Assembly: GCA_964016885.1 (NCBI GenBank)
Contig: OZ024741.1
Span: 23,622,001 to 23,686,000 of the forward strand
DNA length: 64,000 nt
Reading direction: 5' to 3'
DNA from: Eledone cirrhosa
Lineage: Eukaryota
Shown here: in pieces, positions 30,900 to 46,213 of the stretch
Layout of the letters: each line of letters opens with the position of its first letter
Position numbering within the stretch: position 1 is the stretch's first letter
Notes under the pieces: model-generated
Told to the model about the DNA's origin: nothing
The model's database searches: none
Seen by the model: only the letters and a program-made list of their open reading frames with translations
Position numbers and translations under genes: made by a program

Positions 30900-33800
30900 A
30901 CCAGTCTATCACAGGGTAACACTCAGCTGAAGAACAATTCCAACTGGATAGGACACCAGTCTATCACAGGGTTAACACTCAGCTGAAGAACAATTCCAAC
31001 TGGATAGGACACCAGTCTATCACAGGGTTAACACACAGCTGAAGAACAATTCCAACTGGATAGGACACCAGTCTATCACAGGGTTAACACACAGCTGAAG
31101 AACAATTCCAACTGGATAGGACACCAGTCTATCGCAGGGTTATCACTCAGCTGAAGAACAATTCCAACTGGATAGGACACCAGTCTATCAGAGGGTTAAC
31201 ACTCAGCTGAAGAACAATTCCAACTGGATAGGACACCAGTCTATCACAGGGTTAACACTCAGCTGAAGAACAATTCCAACTGGATAGGACACCAGTCTAT
31301 CACAGGGTTAACACTCAGCTAAAGAACAATCCCAACTGGATAGGACACCAGTCTATCACAGGGTTAACACTGAGCTGAAGAACAATCCCAAATGGATAGG
31401 ACACCAGTCTATCAGAGGGTTAACACTCAGCTGAAGAACAATTCCAACTGGATAGGACACCAGTCTATCACAGGGTTATCACTCAGCTGAAGAACAATTC
31501 CAACTGGATAGGACACCAGTCTATCACAGGGTTAACACACAGCTGAAGAACAACTCCAACTGGATAGGACACCAGTGTATCACAGGGTTAACACACAGCT
31601 GAAGAACAATTCCAACTGGATAGGACACCAGTCTATCACAGGGTTAACACTCAGCTGAAGAACAATTCCAACTGGATAGGACACCAGTCTATCACAGGGT
31701 TAACACTCAGCAGAAGAACCATTCCAACTGGATAGGACACCAGTCTATCAGAGGGTTAACACTCAGCTGAAGAACAATTCCAACTGGATAGGACACCAGT
31801 CTATCACAGGGTTAACACTCAGCTGAAGAAAAATTCCAACTGGATAGGACACCAGTCTATCACAGGGTTAACACCTAGCTGAAGAACAATTCCAACTGGA
31901 TAGGACACCAGTCTATCACAGGGTTAACACCTAGCTGAAGAACAATTCCAACTGGATAGGACACCAGTCTATCACAGGGTTAACACACAGCTGAAGACTG
32001 ATACCCACTGGATAGGACACCAGTCTATCACAGGGTTAACACCTAGCTGAAGAACAATCCCAAATGGATAGGACACCAGTCTATCACAGGGTTAACACAC
32101 AGCTGAAGAACAATCCCAACTGGATAGGACACCAGTCTATCACAGGGTTATCAATCAGCTGAAGAACAATTCCAACTGGATAGGACACCAGTCTATCAGA
32201 GGGTTAACACTCAGCTGAAGAACAATTCCAACTGGATAGGACACCAGTCTATCACAGGGTTAACACCTAGCTGAAGAACAATCCCAAATGGATAGGACAC
32301 CAGTCTATCACAGGGTTAACACTCAGCTGAAGAACAATCCCAAATGGATAGGACACCAGTCTATCAGAGGGTTAACACTCAGCTGAAGAACAATTCCAAC
32401 TGGATAGGACACCAGTCTATCACAGGGTTAACACTCAGCTGAAGAACAATTCAAACTGGATAGGACACCAGTCTATCACAGGGTTAACACTCAGCAGAAG
32501 AACAATTCCAACTGGATAGGACACCAGTCTATCACAGGGTTAACACTCAGCTGAAGAACAATTCCAACTGGATAGGACACCAGTCTATCACAGGGTTAAC
32601 ACACAGCTGAAGAATAATTCCAACTGGATAGGACACCAGTCTATCACAGGGTTAACACACAGCTGAAGAACAATTCCAACTGGATAGGACACCAGTCTAT
32701 CACAGGGTTAACACTCAGCTGAAGAACAATTCCAACTGGATAGGACACCAGTCTATCACAGGGTTAACACTCAGCTAAAGAACAATCCCAACTGGATAGG
32801 ACACCAGTCTATCACAGGGTTAACACTGAGCTGAAGAACAATCCCAAATGGATAGGACACCAGTCTATCAGAGGGTTAACACTCAGCTGAAGAACAATTC
32901 CAACTGGATAGGACACCAGTCTATCACAGGGTTAACACTCAGCTGAAGAACAATTCCAACTGGATAGGACACCAGTCTATCACAGGGTTAACACTCAGCT
33001 GAAGAACAATTCCAACTGGATAGGACACCAGTCTATCACAGGGTTAACACACAGCTGAATAACAATTCCAACTGGATAGGACACCAGTCTATCACAGGGT
33101 TAACACACAGCTGAAGAACAATTCCAACTGGATAGGACACCAGTCTATCACAGGGTTAACACTCAGCTGAAGAACAATTCCAACTGGATAGGACACCAGT
33201 CTATCACAGGGTGAACACTCAGCTAAAGAACAATCCCAACTGGATAGGACACCAGTCTATAACAGGGTTAACACTCAGCTGAAGAACAATTCCAACTGGA
33301 TAGGACACCAGTCTATCACAGGGTTAACACTCAGCTGAAGAACAATTCCAAATGGATAGGACACCAGTCTATCACAGGGTTAACACACAGCTGAAGAACA
33401 ATTCCAACTGGATAGGACACCAGTCTATCACAGGGTTAACACACAGCTGAAGAACAATTCCAACTGGATAGGACACCAGTCTATCACAGGGTTAACACTC
33501 AGCTGAAGAACAATTCCAACTGGATAGGACACCAGTCTATCACAGGGTTAACACTCAGCTGAAGAACAATTCCAACTGGATAGGACACCAGTTTATCACA
33601 GGGTTATCACTCAGCTGAAGAACAATTCCAACTGGATAGGACACCAGTCTATGACAGGGTTAACACACAGCTGAAGAACAATTCCAACTGGATAGGACAC
33701 CAGTTTATCACAGGGTTATCACTCAGCTGAAGAACAATTCCAACTGGATAGGACACCAGTCTATCACAGGGTTAACACACAGCTGAAGAACAATTCCAAC

Positions 33801-36800
33801 TGGATAGGACACCAGTCTATCACAGGGTTAACACACAGCTGAAGAACAATTCCAACTGGATAGGACACCAGTCTATCAGAGGGTTAACACTCAGCTGAAG
33901 AACAATTCCAACTGGATAGGACACCAGTCTATCACAGGGTTAACACTCAGCTGAAGAACAATTCCAACTGGATAGGACACCAGTCTATCACAGGGTTAAC
34001 ACTCAGCAGAAGAACCATTCCAACTGGTTAGGACACCAGTCTATCAGAGGGTTAACACTCAGCTGAAGAACAATTCCAACTGGATAGGACACCAGTCTAT
34101 CAGAGGGTTAACACCTAGCTGAAGAACAATTCCAACTGGATAGGACACCAGTCTATCACAGGGTTAACACTCAGCTGAAGAACAATTCCAACTGGATAGG
34201 ACACCAGTCTATCACAGGGTTAACACACAGCTGAAGAACAATTCCAACTGGATAGGACACCAGTCTATCACAGGGTTAACACTCAGCTGAAGAACAATTC
34301 CAACTGGATAGGACACCAGTCTATCACAGGGTTAACACTCAGCTAAAGAACAATCCCAACTGGATAGGACACCAGTCTATCACAGGGTTAACACTCAGCT
34401 GAAGAACAATTCCAACTGGATAGGACACCAGTCTATCACAGGGTTAACACTCAGCTGAAGAACAATTCCAACTGGATAGGACACCAGTCTATCACAGGGT
34501 TAACACACAGCTGAAGAACAATTCCAACTGGATAGGACACCAGTCTATCACAGGGTTCACACACAGCTGAAGAACAATTCCAACTGGATAGGACACCAGT
34601 CTATCACAGGGTAACACTCAGCTGAAGAACAATTCCAACTGGATAGGACACCAGTCTATCACAGGGTTAACACTCAGCTGAAGATCAATCCCAACTGGAT
34701 AGGACACCAGACTATCACAGGGTTATCACTCAGCTGAAGAACAATTCCAACTGGATAGGACACCAGTCTATCAGAGGGTTAACACTCAGCTGAAGAACAA
34801 TTCCAACTGGATAGGACACCAGTCTATCACAGGGTTAACACCTAGCTGAAGAACAATCCCAAATGTATAGGACACCAGTCTATCACAGGGTTAACACTCA
34901 GCTGAAGAACAATCCCAAATGGATAGGACACCAGTCTATCAGAGGGTTAACACTCAGCTGAAGAACAATTCCAACTGGATAGGACACCAGTCTATCACAG
35001 GGTTAACACTCAGCTGAAGAACAATTCCAACTGGATAGGACACCAGTCTATCACAGGGTTAACACTCAGCTAAAGAACAATCCCAACTGGATAGGACACC
35101 AGTCTATCACAGGGTTAACACTCAGCTGAAGAACAATTCCAACTGGATAGGACACCAGTCTATCACAGGGTTAACACTCAGCTGAAGAACAATTCCAACT
35201 GGATAGGACACCAGTCTATCACAGGGTTAACAGACAGCTGAAGAACAATTCCAACTGGATAGGACACCAGTCTATCACAGGGTTAACACACAGCTGAAGA
35301 ACAATTCCAACTGGATAAGACACCAGTCTATCACAGGGTTAACACTCAGCTGAAGAACAATTCCAACTGGATAGGACACCAGTCTATCACAGGGTTAACA
35401 CTCAGCTGAAGAACAATTCCAACTGGATAGGACACCAGTCTATCACAGGGTTAACACTCAGCTAAAGAACAATCCCAACTGGATAGGACACCAGTCTATC
35501 ACAGGGTTAACACTCAGCTGAAGAACAATTCCAACTGGATAGGACACCAGTCTATCACAGGGTTAACACTCAGCTGAAGAACAATTCCAACTGGATAGGA
35601 CACCAGTCTATCACAGGGTTAACACACAGCTGAAGAACAATTCCAACTGGATAGGACACCAGTCTATCACAGGGTTAACACACAGCTGAAGAACAATTCC
35701 AACTGGATAGGACACCAGTCTATCACAGGGTTAACACTCAGCTGAAGAACAATTCCAACTGGATAGGACACCAGTCTATCACAGGGTTAACACTCAGCTG
35801 AAGAACAATTCCAACTGGATAGGACACCAGTTTATCACAGGGTTATCACTCAGCTGAAGAACAATTCCAACTGGATAGGACACCAGTCTATCACAGGGTA
35901 ACACACAGCTGAAGAACAATTCCAACTGGATAGGACACCAGTCTATCACAGGGTTAACACACAGCTGAAGAACAATTCCAACTGGATAGGACACCAGTCT
36001 ATCAGAGGGTTAACACTCAGCTGAAGAACAATTCCAACTGGATAGGACACCAGTCTATCACAGGGTTATCACTCAGCTGAAGAACAATTCCAACTGGATA
36101 GGACACCAGTCTATCACAGGGTAACACTCAGCTGAAGAACAATTCCAACTGGATAGGACACCAGTCTATCACAGGGTTAACACTCAGCTGAAGAACAATT
36201 CCAACTGGATAGGACACCAGTCTATCACAGGGTTAACACACAGCTGAAGAACAATTCCAACTGGATAGGACACCAGTCTATCACAGGGTTAACACACAGC
36301 TGAAGAACAATTCCAACTGGATAGGACACCAGTCTATCGCAGGGTTATCACTCAGCTGAAGAACAATTCCAACTGGATAGGACACCAGTCTATCAGAGGG
36401 TTAACACTCAGCTGAAGAACAATTCCAACTGGATAGGACACCAGTCTATCACAGGGTTAACACTCAGCTGAAGAACAATTCCAACTGGATAGGACACCAG
36501 TCTATCACAGGGTTAACACTCAGCTAAAGAACAATCCCAACTGGATAGGACACCAGTCTATCACAGGGTTAACACTGAGCTGAAGAACAATCCCAAATGG
36601 ATAGGACACCAGTCTATCAGAGGGTTAACACTCAGCTGAAGAACAATTCCAACTGGATAGGACACCAGTCTATCACAGGGTTATCACTCAGCTGAAGAAC
36701 AATTCCAACTGGATAGGACACCAGTCTATCACAGGGTTAACACACAGCTGAAGAACAACTCCAACTGGATAGGACACCAGTGTATCACAGGGTTAACACA

Positions 36801-39800
36801 CAGCTGAAGAACAATTCCAACTGGATAGGACACCAGTCTATCACAGGGTTAACACTCAGCTGAAGAACAATTCCAACTGGATAGGACACCAGTCTATCAC
36901 AGGGTTAACACTCAGCAGAAGAACCATTCCAACTGGATAGGACACCAGTCTATCAGAGGGTTAACACTCAGCTGAAGAACAATTCCAACTGGATAGGACA
37001 CCAGTCTATCACAGGGTTAACACTCAGCTGAAGAAAAATTCCAACTGGATAGGACACCAGTCTATCACAGGGTTAACACCTAGCTGAAGAACAATTCCAA
37101 CTGGATAGGACACCAGTCTATCACAGGGTTAACACCTAGCTGAAGAACAATTCCAACTGGATAGGACACCAGTCTATCACAGGGTTAACACACAGCTGAA
37201 GACTGATACCCACTGGATAGGACACCAGTCTATCACAGGGTTAACACCTAGCTGAAGAACAATCCCAAATGGATAGGACACCAGTCTATCACAGGGTTAA
37301 CACACAGCTGAAGAACAATCCCAACTGGATAGGACACCAGTCTATCACAGGGTTATCAATCAGCTGAAGAACAATTCCAACTGGATAGGACACCAGTCTA
37401 TCAGAGGGTTAACACTCAGCTGAAGAACAATTCCAACTGGATAGGACACCAGTCTATCACAGGGTTAACACCTAGCTGAAGAACAATCCCAAATGGATAG
37501 GACACCAGTCTATCACAGGGTTAACACTCAGCTGAAGAACAATCCCAAATGGATAGGACACCAGTCTATCAGAGGGTTAACACTCAGCTGAAGAACAATT
37601 CCAACTGGATAGGACACCAGTCTATCACAGGGTTAACACTCAGCTGAAGAACAATTCAAACTGGATAGGACACCAGTCTATCACAGGGTTAACACTCAGC
37701 AGAAGAACAATTCCAACTGGATAGGACACCAGTCTATCACAGGGTTAACACTCAGCTGAAGAACAATTCCAACTGGATAGGACACCAGTCTATCACAGGG
37801 TTAACACACAGCTGAAGAATAATTCCAACTGGATAGGACACCAGTCTATCACAGGGTTAACACACAGCTGAAGAACAATTCCAACTGGATAGGACACCAG
37901 TCTATCACAGGGTTAACACTCAGCTGAAGAACAATTCCAACTGGATAGGACACCAGTCTATCACAGGGTTAACACTCAGCTAAAGAACAATCCCAACTGG
38001 ATAGGACACCAGTCTATCACAGGGTTAACACTGAGCTGAAGAACAATCCCAAATGGATAGGACACCAGTCTATCAGAGGGTTAACACTCAGCTGAAGAAC
38101 AATTCCAACTGGATAGGACACCAGTCTATCACAGGGTTAACACTCAGCTGAAGAACAATTCCAACTGGATAGGACACCAGTCTATCACAGGGTTAACACT
38201 CAGCTGAAGAACAATTCCAACTGGATAGGACACCAGTCTATCACAGGGTTAACACACAGCTGAATAACAATTCCAACTGGATAGGACACCAGTCTATCAC
38301 AGGGTTAACACACAGCTGAAGAACAATTCCAACTGGATAGGACACCAGTCTATCACAGGGTTAACACTCAGCTGAAGAACAATTCCAACTGGATAGGACA
38401 CCAGTCTATCACAGGGTGAACACTCAGCTAAAGAACAATCCCAACTGGATAGGACACCAGTCTATAACAGGGTTAACACTCAGCTGAAGAACAATTCCAA
38501 CTGGATAGGACACCAGTCTATCACAGGGTTAACACTCAGCTGAAGAACAATTCCAAATGGATAGGACACCAGTCTATCACAGGGTTAACACACAGCTGAA
38601 GAACAATTCCAACTGGATAGGACACCAGTCTATCACAGGGTTAACACACAGCTGAAGAACAATTCCAACTGGATAGGACACCAGTCTATCACAGGGTTAA
38701 CACTCAGCTGAAGAACAATTCCAACTGGATAGGACACCAGTCTATCACAGGGTTAACACTCAGCTGAAGAACAATTCCAACTGGATAGGACACCAGTTTA
38801 TCACAGGGTTATCACTCAGCTGAAGAACAATTCCAACTGGATAGGACACCAGTCTATGACAGGGTTAACACACAGCTGAAGAACAATTCCAACTGGATAG
38901 GACACCAGTTTATCACAGGGTTATCACTCAGCTGAAGAACAATTCCAACTGGATAGGACACCAGTCTATCACAGGGTTAACACACAGCTGAAGAACAATT
39001 CCAACTGGATAGGACACCAGTCTATCACAGGGTTAACACACAGCTGAAGAACAATTCCAACTGGATAGGACACCAGTCTATCAGAGGGTTAACACTCAGC
39101 TGAAGAACAATTCCAACTGGATAGGACACCAGTCTATCACAGGGTTAACACTCAGCTGAAGAACAATTCCAACTGGATAGGACACCAGTCTATCACAGGG
39201 TTAACACTCAGCAGAAGAACCATTCCAACTGGTTAGGACACCAGTCTATCAGAGGGTTAACACTCAGCTGAAGAACAATTCCAACTGGATAGGACACCAG
39301 TCTATCAGAGGGTTAACACCTAGCTGAAGAACAATTCCAACTGGATAGGACACCAGTCTATCACAGGGTTAACACTCAGCTGAAGAACAATTCCAACTGG
39401 ATAGGACACCAGTCTATCACAGGGTTAACACACAGCTGAAGAACAATTCCAACTGGATAGGACACCAGTCTATCACAGGGTTAACACTCAGCTGAAGAAC
39501 AATTCCAACTGGATAGGACACCAGTCTATCACAGGGTTAACACTCAGCTAAAGAACAATCCCAACTGGATAGGACACCAGTCTATCACAGGGTTAACACT
39601 CAGCTGAAGAACAATTCCAACTGGATAGGACACCAGTCTATCACAGGGTTAACACTCAGCTGAAGAACAATTCCAACTGGATAGGACACCAGTCTATCAC
39701 AGGGTTAACACACAGCTGAAGAACAATTCCAACTGGATAGGACACCAGTCTATCACAGGGTTCACACACAGCTGAAGAACAATTCCAACTGGATAGGACA

Positions 39801-41400
39801 CCAGTCTATCACAGGGTAACACTCAGCTGAAGAACAATTCCAACTGGATAGGACACCAGTCTATCACAGGGTTAACACTCAGCTGAAGATCAATCCCAAC
39901 TGGATAGGACACCAGACTATCACAGGGTTATCACTCAGCTGAAGAACAATTCCAACTGGATAGGACACCAGTCTATCAGAGGGTTAACACTCAGCTGAAG
40001 AACAATTCCAACTGGATAGGACACCAGTCTATCACAGGGTTAACACCTAGCTGAAGAACAATCCCAAATGGATAGGACACCAGTCTATCACAGGGTTAAC
40101 ACTCAGCTGAAGAACAATCCCAAATGGATAGGACACCAGTCTATCAGAGGGTTAACACTCAGCTGAAGAACAATTCCAACTGGATAGGACACCAGTCTAT
40201 CACAGGGTTAACACTCAGCTGAAGAACAATTCCAACTGGATAGGACACCAGTCTATCACAGGGTTAACACTCAGCTGAAGAACAATTCCAACTGGATAGG
40301 ACACCAGTCTATCACAGGGTTAACACACAGCTGAAGAACAATTCCAACTGGATAGGACACCAGTCTATCACAGGGTTAACACTCAGCTAAAGAACAATCC
40401 CAACTGGATAGGACACCAGTCTATCACAGGGTTAACACTCAGCTGAAGAACAATTCCAACTGGATAGGACACCAGTCTATCACAGGGTTAACACTCAGCT
40501 GAAGAACAATTCCAACTGGATAGGACACCAGTCTATCACAGGGTTAACAGACAGCTGAAGAACAATTCCAACTGGATAGGACACCAGTCTATCACAGGGT
40601 TAACACACAGCTGAAGAACAATTCCAACTGGATAAGACACCAGTCTATCACAGGGTTAACACTCAGCTGAAGAACAATTCCAACTGGATAGGACACCAGT
40701 CTATCACAGGGTTAACACTCAGCTGAAGAACAATTCCAACTGGATAGGACACCAGTCTATCACAGGGTTAACACTCAGCTAAAGAACAATCCCAACTGGA
40801 TAGGACACCAGTCTATCACAGGGTTAACACTCAGCTGAAGAACAATTCCAACTGGATAGGACACCAGTCTATCACAGGGTTAACACTCAGCTGAAGAACA
40901 ATTCCAACTGGATAGGACACCAGTCTATCACAGGGTTAACACACAGCTGAAGAACAATTCCAACTGGATAGGACACCAGTCTATCACAGGGTTAACACAC
41001 AGCTGAAGAACAATTCCAACTGGATAGGACACCAGTCTATCACAGGGTTAACACTCAGCTGAAGAACAATTCCAACTGGATAGGACACCAGTCTATCACA
41101 GGGTTAACACTCAGCTGAAGAACAATTCCAACTGGATAGGACACCAGTTTATCACAGGGTTATCACTCAGCTGAAGAACAATTCCAACTGGATAGGACAC
41201 CAGTCTATCACAGGGTAACACACAGCTGAAGAACAATTCCAACTGGATAGGACACCAGTCTATCACAGGGTTAACACACAGCTGAAGAACAATTCCAACT
41301 GGATAGGACACCAGTCTATCAGAGGGTTAACACTCAGCTGAAGAACAATTCCAACTGGATAGGACACCAGTCTATCACAGGGTTATCACTCAGCTGAAGA
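30900..41400. repeat. Tandem duplication with 5,205-bp period (93 monomers minus 3 bp), shifting to 5,317 bp after a 2-monomer indel
   Basis: GGGTAAC 30914/36119, ATCGCAG 31134/36339, marker monomer 31998/37203, TCAATCAG variant 32151/37356. ORF-track hits 35794/41111 are 5,205+112 bp apart. Confidence 0.88.
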
Positions 41401-41904
41401 ACAATTCCAACTGGATAGGACACCAGTCTATCACAGGGTTAACACACAGCTGAAGAACAACTCCAACTGGATAGGACACCAGTGTATCACAGGGTTAACA
41501 CACAGCTGAAGAACAATTCCAACTGGATAGGACACCAGTCTATCACAGGGTTAACACTCAGCTGAAGAACAATTCCAACTGGATAGGACACCAGTCTATC
41601 ACAGGGTTAACACTCAGCAGAAGAACCATTCCAACTGGATAGGACACCAGTCTATCAGAGGGTTAACACTCAGCTGAAGAACAATTCCAACTGGATAGGA
41701 CACCAGTCTATCACAGGGTTAACACCTAGCTGAAGAAAAATTCCAACTGGATAGGACACCAGTCTATCACAGGGTTAACACCTAGCTGAAGGACAATTCC
41801 AACTGGATAGGACACCAGTCTATCACAGGGTTAACACCTAGCTGAAGAACAATTCCAACTGGATAGGACACCAGTCTATCACAGGGTTAACACACAGCTG
41901 AAGA
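37203..41904. repeat. Higher-order repeat block A (84-mer, 4,702 bp), copy 2
   Basis: Marker monomers at 37203 and 41905. The ORF-track hit lies at +3908 from the marker, as in copies 1 and 3. Confidence 0.9.
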
Positions 41905-44900
41905 CTGATACCCACTGGATAGGACACCAGTCTATCACAGGGTTAACACCTAGCTGAAGAACAATCCCAAATGGATAGGACACCAGTCTATAACAGGGTT
42001 AACACACAGCTGAAGAACAATCCCAACTGGATAGGACACCAGTCTATCACAGGGTTATCACTCAGCTGAAGAACAATTCCAACTGGATAGGACACCAGTC
42101 TATCAGAGGGTTAACACTCAGCTGAAGAACAATTCCAACTGGATAGGACACCAGTCTATCACAGGGTTAACACACAGCTGAAGAACAATTCCAACTGGAT
42201 AGGACACCAGTCTATCACAGGGTTAACACTCAGCTAAAGAACAATCCCAACTGGATAGGACACCAGTCTATAACAGGGTTAACACTCAGCTGAAGAACAA
42301 TTCCAACTGGATAGGACACCAGTCTATCACAGGGTTAACACTCAGCTGAAGAACAATTCCAACTGGATAGGACACCAGTCTATCACAGAGTTAACACTCA
42401 GCTAAAGAACAATCCCAACTGGATAGGACACCAGTCTATCACAGGGTTAACACACAGCTGAAGAACAATTCCAACTGGATAGGACACCAGTCTATCACAG
42501 GGGTAACACTCAGCTGAAGAACAATTCCAACTGGATAGGACACCAGTCTATCAGAGGGTTAACACTCGGCTGAAGAACAATTCCAACTGGATAGGACACC
42601 AGTCTATCACAGGGTTATCACTCAGCTGAAGAACAATTCCAACTGGATAGGACACCAGTCTATCACAGGGTTAACACACAGCTGAAGAACAATTCCAACT
42701 GGATAGGACACCAGTCTATCACAGGGTTAACACACAGCTGAAGAACAATTCCAACTGGATAGGACACCAGTCTATCACAGGGTTAACACACAGCTGAAGA
42801 ACAATTCCAACTGGATAGGACACCAGTCTATCACAGGGTTCCACACAGCTGAAGAACAATTCCAACTGGATAGGACACCAGTCTATCACAGGGTAACACT
42901 CAGCTGAAGAACAATTCCAACTGGATAGGACACCAGTCTATCACAGGGTTAACACTCAGCTGAAGAACAATTCCAACTGGATAGGACACCAGTCTATCAC
43001 AGGGTTAACACACAGCTGAAGAACAATTCCAACTGGATAGGACACCAGTCTATCACAGGGTTAACACACAGCTGAAGAACAATTCCAACTGGATAGGACA
43101 CCAGTCTATCGCAGGGTTATCACTCAGCTGAAGAACAATTCCAACTGGATAGGACACCAGTCTATCAGAGGGTTAACACTCAGCTGAAGAACAATTCCAA
43201 CTGGATAGGACACCAGTCTATCACAGGGTTAACACCTAGCTGAAGAACAATCCCAAATGGATAGGACACCAGTCTATCACAGGGTTAACACTCAGCTGAA
43301 GAACAATCCCAAATGGATAGGACACCAGTCTATCAGAGGGTTAACACTCAGCTGAAGAACAATTCCAACTGGATAGGACACCAGTCTATCACAGGGTTAA
43401 CACTCAGCTGAAGAACAATTCCAACTGGATAGGACACCAGTCTATCACAGGGTTATCACTCAGCTGAAGAACAATTCCAACTGGATAGGACACCAGTCTA
43501 TCACAGGGTTAACACTCAGCTGAAGAACAATTCCAACTGGATAGGACACCAGTCTATCACAGGGTTAACACACAGCTGAAGAATAATTCCAACTGGATAG
43601 GACACCAGTCTATCACAGGGTTAACACACAGCTGAAGAACAATTCCAACTGGATAGGACACCAGTATATCACAGGGTTAACACTCAGCTGAAGAACAATT
43701 CCAACTGGATAGGACACCAGTCTATCACAGGGTTAACACTCAGCTAAAGAACAATCCCAACTGGATAGGACACCAGTCTATCACAGGGTTAACACTGAGC
43801 TGAAGAACAATCCCAAATGGATAGGACACCAGTCTATCAGAGGGTTAACACTCAGCTGAAGAACAATTCCAACTGGATAGGACACCAGTCTATCACAGGG
43901 TTAACACTCAGCTGAAGAACAATTCCAACTGGATAGGACACCAGTCTATCACAGGGTTAACACTCAGCTGAAGAACAATTCCAACTGGATAGGACACCAG
44001 TCTATCACAGGGTTAACACACAGCTGAATAACAATTCCAACTGGATAGGACACCAGTCTATCACAGGGTTAACACACAGCTGAAGAACAATTCCAACTGG
44101 ATAGGACACCAGTCTATCACAGGGTTAACACTCAGCTGAAGAACAATTCCAACTGGATAGGACACCAGTCTATCACAGGGTTAACACTCAGCTAAAGAAC
44201 AATCCCAACTGGATAGGACACCAGTCTATCACAGGGTTAACACTCAGCTGAAGAACAATTCCAACTGGATAGGACACCAGTCTATCACAGGGTTAACACT
44301 CAGCTGAAGAACAATTCCAACTGGATAGGACACCAGTCTATCACAGGGTTAACACACAGCTGAAGAACAATTCCAACTGGATAGGACACCAGTCTATCAC
44401 AGGGTTCACACACAGCTGAAGAACAATTCCAACTGGATAGGACACCAGTCTATCACAGGGTAACACTCAGCTGAAGAACAATTCCAACTGGATAGGACAC
44501 CAGTCTATCACAGGGTTAACACTCAGCTGAAGAACAATCCCAACTGGATAGGACACCAGACTATCACAGGGTTATCACTCAGCTGAAGAACAATTCCAAC
44601 TGGATAGGACACCAGTCTATCAGAGGGTTAACACTCAGCTGAAGAACAATTCCAACTGGATAGGACACCAGTCTATCACAGGGTTAACACCTAGCTGAAG
44701 AACAATCCCAAATGGATAGGACACCAGTCTATCACAGGGTTAACACTCAGCTGAAGAACAATCCCAAATGGATAGGACACCAGTCTATCAGAGGGTTAAC
44801 ACTCAGCTGAAAAACAATTCCAACTGGATAGGACACCAGTCTATCACAGGGTTAACACTCAGCTGAAGAACAATTCCAACTAGATAGGACACCAGTCTAT

Positions 44901-46213
44901 CACAGGGTTAACACTCAGCTGAAGAACAATTCCAACTGGATAGGACACCAGTCTATCACAGGGTTAACACACAGCTGAAGAACAATTCCAACTGGATAGG
45001 ACACCAGTCTATCACAGGGTTAACACTCAGCTAAAGAACAATCCCAACTGGATAGGACACCAGTCTATCACAGGGTTAACACTCAGCTGAAGAACAATTC
45101 CAACTGGATAGGACACCAGTCTATCACAGGGTTAACACTCAGCTGAAGAACAATTCCAACTGGATAGGACACCAGTCTATCACAGGGTTAACACTCAGCT
45201 AAAGAACAATCCCAACTGGATAGGACACCAGTCTATCACAGGGTTAACACTCAGCTGAAGAACAATTCCAACTGGATAGGACACCAGTCTATCACAGGGT
45301 TAACACTCAGCTGAAGAACAATTCCAACTGGATAGGACACCAGTCTATCACAGGGTTAACACACAGCTGAAGAACAATTCCAACTGGATAGGACACCAGT
45401 CTATCACAGGGTTAACACACAGCTGAAGAACAATTCCAACTGGATAGGACACCAGTCTATCACAGGGTTAACACTCAGCTGAAGAACAATTCCAACTGGA
45501 TAGGACACCAGTCAATCACAGGGTTAACACTCAGCTGAAGAACAATTCCAACTGGATAGGACACCAGTTTATCACAGGGTTATCACTCAGCTGAAGAACA
45601 ATTCCAACTGGATAGGACACCAGTCTATCAGAGGGTTAACACTCAGCTGAAGAACAATTCCAACTGGATAGGACACCAGTCTATCACAGGGTTATCACTC
45701 AGCTGAAGAACAATTCCAACTGGATAGGACACCAGTCTATCACAGGGTTAACACACAGCTGAAGAACAACTCCAACTGGATAGGACACCAGTGTATCACA
45801 GGGTTAACACACAGCTGAAGAACAATTCCAACTGGATAGGACACCAGTCTATCACAGGGTTAACACTCAGCTGAAGAACAATTCCAACTGGATAGGACAC
45901 CAGTCTATCACAGGGTTAACACTCAGCAGAAGAACCATTCCAACTGGATAGGACACCAGTCTATCAGAGGGTTAACACTCAGCTGAAGAACAATTCCAAC
46001 TGGATAGGACACCAGTCTATCACAGGGTTAACACTCAGCTGAAGAAAAATTCCAACTGGATAGGACACCAGTCTATCACAGGGTTAACACCTAGCTGAAG
46101 AACAATTCCAACTGGATAGGACACCAGTCTATCACAGGGTTAACACCTAGCTGAAGAACAATTCCAACTGGATAGGACACCAGTCTATCACAGGGTTAAC
46201 ACACAGCTGAAGA
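41905..46213. repeat. Higher-order repeat block B (77-mer, 4,309 bp)
   Basis: Lies between marker monomers 41905 and 46214. Its start (CAGAGTTAAC, and ACTCGGCTG at +663) recurs after markers 16550 and 27913. Its distal part resembles ~8800-11848. Confidence 0.75.
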
